Shown here: in pieces, positions 7,846 to 16,272 of the stretch
Numbering within the stretch: position 1 is the first letter of the stretch
Layout of the letters: each line of letters begins with the position of its first letter
Assembly (NCBI GenBank): GCA_045657265.1
Contig: JAZOSU010000010.1
Span: forward strand, 3,706-67,705
Reading direction: 5' to 3'
DNA: 64,000 nucleotides
Source of the DNA: Eubacteriales bacterium
Lineage (GTDB): Bacteria; Bacillota; Clostridia; Oscillospirales; QAKW01
The notes under the pieces: model-generated
Told to the model about the DNA's origin: nothing
The model's input: only the letters and a program-made list of their open reading frames with translations
Databases searched by the model: none
Made by a program: the position numbers and the translations under genes

Positions 7846-9567
7846 ATGAATCATTTACAAGAATATGACAGATGGCTGTCATGTCACCAACTCGATGAAA
7901 GAAATAAAGCAGAACTTATTTCTATACATAACAATCAGGATGAAATATATTCGAGGTTTTATACCACTTTAAATTTCGGAACTGCAGGTCTTAGAGGCTT
8001 AATGGGTGCCGGAACTAACAGAATGAATATTTATACTGTAAGACAGGCATCCTATGGATTTGGTAAATATATCTGTGATTTGGGACCTGATGCAATGAAA
8101 CGCGGCGTTGTTATTGCATATGATTCGAGAAACAACGGTGTTAAATTTGCTGAAAATGCAGCGCTTACTCTTTGTGATCTTGGAGTACGAGTTTTTATTT
8201 TTGATTCACTCAGACCTACTCCTGAACTTTCTTTTGCAATTAGATACCTTAATGCAATCGCAGGTATTAATATTACTGCATCTCATAATCCGAAGGAATA
8301 CAACGGATACAAAGCTTATTTTGAAGATGGAGCACAAATTGCAGGTCAACAAGCAAATATTATCTTTGATTATATGTGTAAAGTTGATCCCTTGACAGTT
8401 GAAGTTATGAATTATTCTGAAGCTGTTGAGTCGGGTCTTTATAATGTTGTTGGCTGTGAAATTGATGACGCTTATGTTAATTGTGTTTTGAATGAAAAAA
8501 TGGACATAGGTAAGATTTCAGAAGAAGCACAAAAAGTATCTATTGTATATTCTGCATTTCATGGTGCTGGTTATAAACTGGTTCCAAGAGTACTTGCAAA
8601 ACTTGGTGCAAATGTTACAATGCAACCGCAGCAGGCTATTCCTGATGGAGATTTTCCAACGCTTAAATCTCCAAATCCTGAAGAAAAAGAAGGTTTACAA
8701 AAGTCAATAGAACTTGCAAAAGAAATCGGTTCTGACCTTGTTATTGCAACTGATCCTGATGCTGACAGATGTGCGGCAGCTGTTATTATGCCTAATGGTG
8801 ATGTTGAACAAATTACAGGTAATCAGATGGGGGTTTTGCTTTGCGATTTTATTTCTCAAGTTTTGAATAAAACTGGTGAAATGCCAAGTTCTCCCGCTGT
8901 TATTTCAACTATTGTATCTACTTTGATGATAAAGAAAGTATGCGCTGTAAATAAGATTAAATATTTTGAGGTTCTTACAGGTTTTAAATATATAGGTGAA
9001 CTCATTGCAAGTTTTGAAAGAAATAATGATTATAATTTCTTGCTTGGTTTTGAAGAAAGTTACGGATATCTCAAAGGTACTTACGCAAGAGATAAAGATG
9101 CCATAGTTGCTTCTATGCTTATAACACAGATGGCTATGTATTATAAAAACAAAGGTATGAATCTTAAACAGGCTATGGATTCTCTTTATAAAAAATACGG
9201 TTATTTTTCAGAAAAAACAGTGAGTTTTTCAATTTCAGGCGCGGCGCCTATGGAAAAAGTTGCTGAAATTATGAAAAATTTGAGATCTAATGATAAAACC
9301 GATATTGACGGCACAAAAGTTTTAGCTTTCAGAGACTATAAGGCATCGACAATTCATAATTTTGAAACAGATCAGATTACAACCACAGGTCTTCCGGTTT
9401 CTGACGTTCTTTATTATGAACTTGAAAACGGTAGTAGTGTAATTATCAGACCTTCTGGTACTGAACCTAAAATTAAATTATATGTACTTGCTACAGGTGA
9501 AAACAGTTTTGCATGCTCAGAACTTATTAATAAATATGTTCAGTATTTTAATTCAAAAATCATTTAA
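7846..9567 (+). CDS. pgm: Phosphoglucomutase/phosphomannomutase (phospho-sugar mutase)
   Basis: FGTAGLRG, catalytic ITASHNP, metal loop DPDADR, FEESYG, RPSGTEPKIK. Confidence 0.92.
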   Translation: MNHLQEYDRWLSCHQLDERNKAELISIHNNQDEIYSRFYTTLNFGTAGLRGLMGAGTNRMNIYTVRQASYGFGKYICDLGPDAMKRGVVIAYDSRNNGVKFAENAALTLCDLGVRVFIFDSLRPTPELSFAIRYLNAIAGINITASHNPKEYNGYKAYFEDGAQIAGQQANIIFDYMCKVDPLTVEVMNYSEAVESGLYNVVGCEIDDAYVNCVLNEKMDIGKISEEAQKVSIVYSAFHGAGYKLVPRVLAKLGANVTMQPQQAIPDGDFPTLKSPNPEEKEGLQKSIELAKEIGSDLVIATDPDADRCAAAVIMPNGDVEQITGNQMGVLLCDFISQVLNKTGEMPSSPAVISTIVSTLMIKKVCAVNKIKYFEVLTGFKYIGELIASFERNNDYNFLLGFEESYGYLKGTYARDKDAIVASMLITQMAMYYKNKGMNLKQAMDSLYKKYGYFSEKTVSFSISGAAPMEKVAEIMKNLRSNDKTDIDGTKVLAFRDYKASTIHNFETDQITTTGLPVSDVLYYELENGSSVIIRPSGTEPKIKLYVLATGENSFACSELINKYVQYFNSKII

Positions 9568-9574
9568 ATAAATT

Positions 9575-9607
9575 AAAAATCCCGTTCTTTTATGGAACGG
9601 GATTTTT
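9575..9607. terminator. Bidirectional intrinsic terminator between pgm and tRNA-Thr
   Basis: AAAAATCCCGTTC-loop-GAACGGGATTTTT hairpin with A and T tracts on either side, between convergent genes. Confidence 0.85.
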
Positions 9608-9683
9608 TGGAGCTACTGGTCGGACTTGAACCGATGACCTGCTGATTACGAATCAGCTGCTCTACCAACTGAGCTACAGTAGC
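9608..9683 (-). tRNA. tRNA-Thr (anticodon CGT)
   Basis: Reverse complement GCTACTGTAGCTCAGTTGGTAGAGCAGCTGATT-CGT-AATCAGCAGGTCATCGGTTCAAGTCCGACCAGTAGCTCCA: 76 nt, cloverleaf, encoded CCA. Confidence 0.96.
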
Positions 9684-9696
9684 ACTCAATATGTTT

Positions 9697-9724
9697 ATTT
9701 TATCATAATTACTTAAAAAATCAA
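9697..9724 (-). promoter_or_regulatory. Putative sigma-A promoter of tRNA-Thr (TTGATT-N16-TAAAAT with TGn extension)
   Basis: On the minus strand, -35 TTGATT (9724-9719) and extended -10 TGA-TAAAAT (9705-9697). Confidence 0.55.
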
Positions 9725-9743
9725 GTGTTATGTTTTAAAATAC

Positions 9744-9772
9744 TTGCAATTTATTCGTTAAAATATTACAAT
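9744..9772 (+). promoter_or_regulatory. Putative sigma-A promoter of the HI0933-cmk-plsC-ispH/rpsA operon
   Basis: TTGCAA at 9744-9749 and TACAAT at 9767-9772, 17-bp spacing. Confidence 0.65.
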
Positions 9773-9817
9773 ACTTATTAGTGCATTTTAAATTTATAAG
9801 GAGTTCAGATTCCGTAA

Positions 9818-11044
9818 ATGAGTAAAAAAGTAATTGTAATCGGTGGCGGTCCTGCAGGTATGATAGCTGCCGGCACTGCAGCTAAAAACGGTTGCAATGT
9901 GATTCTGTTTGAAAAGAATACTATACTTGGAAAAAAGTTGCTTATTACAGGCAAAGGTAGATGTAATGTAACAAATTTTTGTGATGTTGATAATGTTCTT
10001 AAAAATATAAACAGTTCAAATCCAAAGTTTATGTATAAAGCGCTAAACACTTTTAGTTGTTATGATGCTTATGCTTTTTTTGAAGAATTAGGTGTGACGC
10101 TTAAAATTGAAAGAGGAAACAGAGTTTTTCCGGAAAGTGATTTAGCAGTAGATGTCAGAAATGCTTTCAAAAAATATCTGGCTCAAAATAATGTTACTAT
10201 TGTAAATGAAAAAGTAGAAAGTATTTCATCAAAACCTTTTGTAGTGACTACAGCATTTGATGAATATGAAGCTGACGCGGTTATTATCGCAACGGGAGGT
10301 TTGTCTTATCCTCTTACAGGAAGTACAGGTGACGGATATAAATTTGCTTCGAAATTCAAACATAGTATTAAAAAAACAGAACCTGCACTTGTTGCGCTTA
10401 TAGGTTCTAAAAAAATTTGTGAAAGACTTATGGGCCTTTCATTGAAAAATATTTCTGTGAATTTTTATGATAAAAACAATAAAAACGTTTATTCTGATTT
10501 TGGTGAAATGCTTTTTACTCATGAAGGAGTTTCGGGTCCTGTGATTTTATCTGCATCATCGAAACTTGAATTTGGTAAATCAGACTATAAACTTGTTATT
10601 GATCTTAAACCGGCTTTATCTTTAGATGAACTTGATAAAAGAATTTTAAGTGATTTTACTAAATATACAAATAAAGATTTTCTCAATTCATTGGGAGATT
10701 TATTGCCTAAAAAACTTATTCCCGTAATAATTGATTTATCGGGTATTGATCCGAGACAAAAAGTTAATACTATTACAAAACAGCAAAGATTAACACTTGT
10801 AAACATCATTAAAGGATTTGAAATCCGTCTTAATAATAAAGCCGGCTTTGAAGAAGCGATTATTACGTCAGGAGGTGTTCTTACAACTGAAATAAATCCT
10901 CAGACAATGGAATCCAAGATAGTTGAAAATCTTTATTTTGCAGGCGAAGTTATTGATGTTGATGCAAATACAGGCGGTTATAATCTGCAAATCGCATATT
11001 CGACAGGTTATCTTGCCGGAATATCATGCTCAGGAGGTAAATAA
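9818..11044 (+). CDS. HI0933/YhiN/BaiN family FAD-dependent oxidoreductase
   Basis: IGGGPAGMIAA, GKKLLITGKGRCNVTN, ATGGLSYPLTGSTGDGY, FTHEGVSGP, GEVIDVDANTGGYNLQ. Confidence 0.9.
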   Translation: MSKKVIVIGGGPAGMIAAGTAAKNGCNVILFEKNTILGKKLLITGKGRCNVTNFCDVDNVLKNINSSNPKFMYKALNTFSCYDAYAFFEELGVTLKIERGNRVFPESDLAVDVRNAFKKYLAQNNVTIVNEKVESISSKPFVVTTAFDEYEADAVIIATGGLSYPLTGSTGDGYKFASKFKHSIKKTEPALVALIGSKKICERLMGLSLKNISVNFYDKNNKNVYSDFGEMLFTHEGVSGPVILSASSKLEFGKSDYKLVIDLKPALSLDELDKRILSDFTKYTNKDFLNSLGDLLPKKLIPVIIDLSGIDPRQKVNTITKQQRLTLVNIIKGFEIRLNNKAGFEEAIITSGGVLTTEINPQTMESKIVENLYFAGEVIDVDANTGGYNLQIAYSTGYLAGISCSGGK

Positions 11045-11709
11045 TGAGTTATAACATTGCAATAGATGGACCAAGTGGTGCAGGTAAAAGCACTCTTTCT
11101 AAAGAACTTGCTAAAAAATTAGGCTTTTTGTATATTGATACAGGCGCTATTTATAGAACGGTAGGTTTATATGTTTATCGTAATAACATTGACCCCGAAA
11201 ATGAACAAGAAGTTTCACGAGTTTTAGATAAAATAGATGTTGATATTAAATATGAAAATAATGAACAACATGTAATTCTTAACGGCGAAGATGTTTCTTC
11301 TGACATCAGAATTCATCAGATTAGTGATTATGCTTCTAAAGTCAGTGCTATTACGTCTGTACGTGAATTTTTGCTTGAAAAACAGCGCGCACTTGCAAAA
11401 GCAAATAATTCTATTATGGATGGAAGAGATATAGGTACGGTTGTTTTGCCTGATGCCGATTTGAAGATTTTTCTTACCGCTTCTGCAAAGACCCGTGCTG
11501 ACAGACGTTTTCGTGAACTGAAAGAAAAAGGTCAGGATGTATCATACGACCAGATTTTAAAAGATATTATTGAGCGTGACGAAAGAGATTCAAACAGACC
11601 TGTGGCGCCTTTGAAAGCTGCCGACGATGCTGTGATTGTTGATAATTCAGATTGTACTTTCGATGAGTCTTTAGAAAAACTATTAAAAATTATTCAGGAG
11701 CATAGATAA
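11044..11709 (+). CDS. cmk: Cytidylate kinase
   Basis: IAIDGPSGAGKST, DTGAIYR, DGRDIGTVVLP, RDERDSNR. Confidence 0.96.
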   Translation: MSYNIAIDGPSGAGKSTLSKELAKKLGFLYIDTGAIYRTVGLYVYRNNIDPENEQEVSRVLDKIDVDIKYENNEQHVILNGEDVSSDIRIHQISDYASKVSAITSVREFLLEKQRALAKANNSIMDGRDIGTVVLPDADLKIFLTASAKTRADRRFRELKEKGQDVSYDQILKDIIERDERDSNRPVAPLKAADDAVIVDNSDCTFDESLEKLLKIIQEHR

Positions 11710-12305
11710 TGAGATTTTATAAAATAGCAAGAAAATTCGTTAAACTTATTTCGGCTGTTTTCTTTCCTGTAAAGGTAGTAGGGGATGTATCAAAATTACC
11801 AACAGATACGGGAGTTATTCTTTGTGCTAACCACATTTCTTATTTTGATGTTATTTTTTTAGCTATAACTTTTAAAAGACCTATTCATTTTTTAGCGAAA
11901 GATAAATATGCGAAAAAACCTGTTTTAAAACAGCTTTTTAAACTGCTCGGTGCATTTGGAATTGACCCTGAAAAAGCAGATATAACCGCAATAAAGAACT
12001 GCTTTTCTGTTTTGAAAAACAATGAGGTATTAGGCATTTTCCCTGAAGGTACAAGAATTATCAAAGGAAAGAAATCTGAGCCTATGCCAGGCACTGTTAT
12101 GATAGCGCACAAAACAAAATCTCCCATTTTTTATGTTAGAATAAAACCTGAAAATAATTCTTTCAAACTTTTTAGAAAGAATTATTTGTACATAGGTGAT
12201 TTGATAACAGTTGAAGACCTTGATGTCACAAACGGCAAGGGTAATGAATATAAAGAAGCTGCTGGAAAATTACTTGATAAAATTTATGCGTTGGGTGAAA
12301 TATGA
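11709..12305 (+). CDS. plsC: 1-acyl-sn-glycerol-3-phosphate acyltransferase
   Basis: NHISYFD (HX4D) and IFPEGTR motifs; cmk-plsC-ispH order typical of Clostridia. Confidence 0.88.
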   Translation: MRFYKIARKFVKLISAVFFPVKVVGDVSKLPTDTGVILCANHISYFDVIFLAITFKRPIHFLAKDKYAKKPVLKQLFKLLGAFGIDPEKADITAIKNCFSVLKNNEVLGIFPEGTRIIKGKKSEPMPGTVMIAHKTKSPIFYVRIKPENNSFKLFRKNYLYIGDLITVEDLDVTNGKGNEYKEAAGKLLDKIYALGEI

Positions 12306-14302
12306 GCGTAGAAATTATTAAAAATGCTGGTTTTTGTTTTGGCGTTTCAAGGGCTGTTGAACTTTTGTATAAAGAAATTGAAAAAAAGGATAAACAGATT
12401 TACACTTTAGGTGAAATAATACATAATCCGGATATAATCAACGAAGTTCAGACACTTGGCGTTAAAATTGCCGATAGTGCTAAAGATGTACAAAGCGGTT
12501 CTACCGTTGTTATAAGGGCACACGGTACAACTAAAGCTGAAAAAGAAATTCTTGATAGCAAAAACGTAAATGTAATTGATGCTACTTGTCCGTTTGTCTC
12601 TAAAATTCACGATATTGTCAAAGAACGTAGTGATTTAGGAGATTTCATTTTAATTGCAGGTGATAAGAATCATCCCGAAGTTGCGGGTATTATGAGTCAT
12701 GCCCAAAACTCAACTACTTTTGCAAATTATGACGAACTTTGCGAAATAGCTAAAAATAGAGAAGATTTATTGTTGAAATCGACTACATTTGTTTGGCAAA
12801 CTACGTTTAATTTGAATGAATATCATAAATGCATAAATTTTATAAAAAAAATATTTAAAAATGCAAAAGTTTATGATACAATATGTAATGCGACTGAAAA
12901 TAGACAAAAACAAACCGAAGAACTTGCAAAAAAATCAGATGCAATGATAATAATCGGTGGTAAAAAAAGTTCTAACACAACAAAACTTTTTAATGTTGCA
13001 AAAAAATTCTGCAAAAATACTTTTTTTGTAGAAAACCCAAATGAGTTACCAATTAAAATTCTATATAAATTCAAAAAAATTGGTATTGCGGCAGGAGCGT
13101 CAACTCCTAACCGCATAATTGAGGAGGTAAAACAAATTATGTCTGAACTGGCAAACAACACAATGGTTAACGAGGAAATGACCTTCGAGGAAATGCTTGA
13201 AAATTCCTTAAAAAAAGTAATTACAACAGGAGATAGAGTTAAGGGCATCGTAGTGGGTGTTAACCCCGCTGAAGTCAAGGTCGATCTTGGAACCAAACAG
13301 TCCGGATTTATTACCAAAGATAACTTCTCATCAGATCCCACCATCGATCTTATGTCTGCTGTAAAAATCGGCGATGAGCTCGATTGCGTTGCTCTTCGCG
13401 TTAATGATATTGAAGGCACAATAGCTCTTTCTAAAAAGAAAGTTGATTCACTTGCAGGTTTTGAAACAATTCAGAAAGCATTTGATGAAAAAGAAGTAGT
13501 TGAGGGTACTGTGAAAGAAGTTTCACAGGGAGGTATAGTTGTTCTTGTAAACAACGTTCGTGTTTTTGTTCCGAAATCACTTACAGGTAAACCTGTTTCA
13601 TTTGATTTTGATTCAATGAAAAACGAAACTGTACAACTTAACATTGTTGAATTTTCAATGAATCGTGGACGTAGAAAAATCATCGGCTCAATGAAAGCTC
13701 TTGAAATTGAGAAGAGAAAAGCTGCAAGAAAAGAATTCTGGGAAAACGTAGCTGAAGGTGACAGATTTGACGGTGTTGTTAAATCACTTACAACTTTCGG
13801 TGCTTTCGTTGATCTTGGATGCGTTGACGGTCTTCTCCATGTTACAGAACTTTCATGGAAAAAAATCGGTCATCCCAGCGATGTAATCAATGTTGGAGAT
13901 ACAATTTCTGTATATGTTAAAGCAATTGATGCTGAAAACAAAAAGATTTCACTCGGTTACAAAGATCCGAATGCAGATCCTTTTGTACTTTTCACAAATA
14001 ACTACAATGTAGATGATGTTGTAAAAGTTAAAATTGTTAGCCTTATGCCTTTTGGCGCATTTGCTAATATTGCTGACGGCGTAGACGGTCTTATCCATAT
14101 TTCACAGCTTTCAAACAAGAGAGTTAACAAACCTGCAGACGTTGTAAACGTAGGTGATGAAGTTGACGTTAAGATTGTTGATATCAATACAGAAACAAGA
14201 AAAATCGGTCTTTCAATGAGAGCTCTCATCGAAGAAAATGAAGAGGTTGTTGTTGAACCCGAAATTGAAGCTGAAGTTATTGTTGAAACTGAAGCTGAAT
14301 AA
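12302..14302 (+). CDS. ispH-rpsA: Bifunctional IspH (HMBPP reductase) / 30S ribosomal protein S1 fusion
   Basis: The IspH half has three Fe-S cysteines (GFCFGV, DATCPFV, DTICNAT), HPEV, SSNT and GASTP. The C-terminal half has four S1 repeats (e.g. FGAFVDLG..DGLLHVTELSW, FGAFANIADGVDGLIHISQLS). Confidence 0.95.
   Translation: MSVEIIKNAGFCFGVSRAVELLYKEIEKKDKQIYTLGEIIHNPDIINEVQTLGVKIADSAKDVQSGSTVVIRAHGTTKAEKEILDSKNVNVIDATCPFVSKIHDIVKERSDLGDFILIAGDKNHPEVAGIMSHAQNSTTFANYDELCEIAKNREDLLLKSTTFVWQTTFNLNEYHKCINFIKKIFKNAKVYDTICNATENRQKQTEELAKKSDAMIIIGGKKSSNTTKLFNVAKKFCKNTFFVENPNELPIKILYKFKKIGIAAGASTPNRIIEEVKQIMSELANNTMVNEEMTFEEMLENSLKKVITTGDRVKGIVVGVNPAEVKVDLGTKQSGFITKDNFSSDPTIDLMSAVKIGDELDCVALRVNDIEGTIALSKKKVDSLAGFETIQKAFDEKEVVEGTVKEVSQGGIVVLVNNVRVFVPKSLTGKPVSFDFDSMKNETVQLNIVEFSMNRGRRKIIGSMKALEIEKRKAARKEFWENVAEGDRFDGVVKSLTTFGAFVDLGCVDGLLHVTELSWKKIGHPSDVINVGDTISVYVKAIDAENKKISLGYKDPNADPFVLFTNNYNVDDVVKVKIVSLMPFGAFANIADGVDGLIHISQLSNKRVNKPADVVNVGDEVDVKIVDINTETRKIGLSMRALIEENEEVVVEPEIEAEVIVETEAE
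13121..13141 (+). promoter_or_regulatory. Internal Shine-Dalgarno (GAGGAGGT) plus in-frame ATG at the start of the S1 moiety
   Basis: GAGGAGGT at 13121-13128; ATG at 13139 is in frame with the fusion, at the IspH/S1 boundary (MSELANNTMVNEEMTFEEML). Confidence 0.65.
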
Positions 14303-14317
14303 TTATATTTAAATTTT

Positions 14318-14353
14318 AAACAGGTAAACTTAAGTTTACCTGTTTTTTCTTTT
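14318..14353 (+). terminator. Intrinsic terminator after ispH-rpsA
   Basis: Perfect palindrome AAACAGGTAAACTTAAGTTTACCTGTTT (14318-14345) followed by a T-rich tract. Confidence 0.88.
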
Positions 14354-14396
14354 GTAAAGCAAATAGCCTTTACAACAAAATATATTAAATATTATA

Positions 14397-14425
14397 TTTA
14401 CAATAAATATATTTAGTGTTATAAT
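14397..14425 (+). promoter_or_regulatory. sigma-A promoter of the miaB-mutSL-miaA-division operon
   Basis: TTTACA at 14397-14402, N17, TATAAT at 14420-14425 with TGn extension (TG at 14417-14418). Confidence 0.7.
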
Positions 14426-14455
14426 ATATATTATTTAATTTTGGAGTATAGTGAC

Positions 14456-15835
14456 TTGGATAAATTTAATTATAAAAAATACATATCATTACTTTCGGAG
14501 CACTTTAAATCTATTAATAAAATTCCTAAAGCTATGGTTATGACATATGGTTGTCAACAAAATACAAGTGACAGTGAAATAATAAAAGGACTACTTACTG
14601 AAATAGGGTATGAATTCTGCGAATGCTACGAAGATGCTGATTTAGTTGTGTTTAACACCTGCGCCGTGCGTGAACACGCTGAACTTAAAGTTTATGGAAA
14701 TATAGGTTCATTGAAACCTGTTAAGAAAAAGAACCCCGATTTAAAAATAGCGGTTTGCGGATGTATGATGCAACAGGAATCTGTTCAAAACGAAATTAAA
14801 AAAAGTTATAGACACGTAGATATTGTTTTTGGACCGTCTTTGATTTTTAAACTTCCCCAAATGCTTTATTTTTCAATTATGGATGGCAAAAAAATATTTG
14901 ACAGAACAGAAGTTCCGGATATAATCGAAAACATGCCTGTAAAGAGAGAAGAAAACGGCAAAGCTTGGGTTACTGTTATGTACGGCTGTAATAATTTTTG
15001 CACATATTGTATAGTTCCATATTTAAGAGGGCGGGAGCGTAGCAGAAAAATTGAGGATATTGTTGCCGAAGTGAAACAACTTGTTAATTCGGGTTTTAAA
15101 GATATAACTTTACTCGGACAAAATGTCAACTCATACGGTAAAGATTTAAATCTTGGATATGATTTTGCCGACTTGCTGTATAAGCTCAATGAAATAAATG
15201 GTGATTTTTGGCTTAGATTTATGACAAGTCATCCAAAAGACTGTACAACAAAACTTCTTGATGCTATGTCAAAGTGCGATAAAGTTTGTAAACAACTTCA
15301 TTTGCCTTTTCAAGCAGGGAATGACAGAGTTTTAAATGAGATGAACAGACGATATAATTCGTTACAATATAAAGAACTCATTAATTACGCTAAAGAAAAG
15401 ATGCCTGATATTACTTTGACAAGTGATGTTATCGTGGGATTTCCGGGTGAGTCTTTTGATGAGTTTATGGATACAGTTAAGCTTGTTGAAGAAATCGAGT
15501 TTGATAATCTATATACGTTTATTTATTCCAAAAGAAGCGGTACTCCTGCTGCGAATATGACAAATCAGATTGATAAACAGGAAAAATCAAAAAGATTTGA
15601 TATTTTACTAAGTGCTCTTCATCCTATATCTAAAAAGAAAAATGATTTGCTTCTTAATAAAGAATTGCGAGTATTTGTAGAAGGTGAAAGCAAAACAAAT
15701 AAAAACGTGCTCAGCGGTAAAACCGAGGGTGGAAAAACTGTTGATTTTATTGGAGACAAATCTTTGATAGGACAGTTTGCAAACGTTAAAATTATTGAAT
15801 GTAAGACATGGAGTCTTGTGGGAAAATTAATATAA
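14456..15835 (+). CDS. miaB: tRNA-i6A37 methylthiotransferase MiaB
   Basis: TYGCQQN, NTCAVRE, CGCMMQ, radical-SAM GCNNFCTYC, C-terminal TRAM domain. TTG 14456 follows GGAG (ORF track start 14441). Confidence 0.95.
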   Translation: MDKFNYKKYISLLSEHFKSINKIPKAMVMTYGCQQNTSDSEIIKGLLTEIGYEFCECYEDADLVVFNTCAVREHAELKVYGNIGSLKPVKKKNPDLKIAVCGCMMQQESVQNEIKKSYRHVDIVFGPSLIFKLPQMLYFSIMDGKKIFDRTEVPDIIENMPVKREENGKAWVTVMYGCNNFCTYCIVPYLRGRERSRKIEDIVAEVKQLVNSGFKDITLLGQNVNSYGKDLNLGYDFADLLYKLNEINGDFWLRFMTSHPKDCTTKLLDAMSKCDKVCKQLHLPFQAGNDRVLNEMNRRYNSLQYKELINYAKEKMPDITLTSDVIVGFPGESFDEFMDTVKLVEEIEFDNLYTFIYSKRSGTPAANMTNQIDKQEKSKRFDILLSALHPISKKKNDLLLNKELRVFVEGESKTNKNVLSGKTEGGKTVDFIGDKSLIGQFANVKIIECKTWSLVGKLI

Positions 15836-15851
15836 AACGGAGAATGAGAAA

Positions 15852-16256
15852 ATGGATAATATGACACAAATAATTGAAAAAGCTAAAGAACTTGGTGAAT
15901 TTATTAAAAACAGTGAACAGGTAAAATCACTTAATATTGCCAAAACAGCTTATGAAGAGAACAAAGAAATTCAGGAACTTATGGGACAGTTTAATATGCA
16001 TAAAATGTCAATAGCTATGCTTTCAAAACAAGAAAATCCTGATGAAAAACGCATAGCTGAACATGAAGATAAACTCAGAATCGCTTACGATAAAATTATG
16101 GAATCTGAACTTATGACTGAGTATCAACTTAAAAGTCAGGCAGTAGAATCTTTGATGGCTGAAATAAACAATATTCTTAACTTTTATATAACAGGAGAAA
16201 CTCCTCAGGGATGCACGGGTTCTTGTGCTACTTGTGGTGGTTGTTCAGGAAAATAA
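15852..16256 (+). CDS. YlbF/YmcA (Ric) family regulator with C-terminal Cys cluster
   Basis: IIEKAKELGEFIKNSE helical pattern and C-terminal GCTGSCATCGGC; miaB-ymcA-mutS-mutL order as in Bacillus. Confidence 0.8.
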   Translation: MDNMTQIIEKAKELGEFIKNSEQVKSLNIAKTAYEENKEIQELMGQFNMHKMSIAMLSKQENPDEKRIAEHEDKLRIAYDKIMESELMTEYQLKSQAVESLMAEINNILNFYITGETPQGCTGSCATCGGCSGK

Positions 16257-16272
16257 TTAAGAGGTTACAAAA

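Noticed and set aside
9608-9817. Integration site at tRNA-Thr
   Set aside because: The tRNA is flanked directly by a terminator and core genes; no att duplication or integrase is present.
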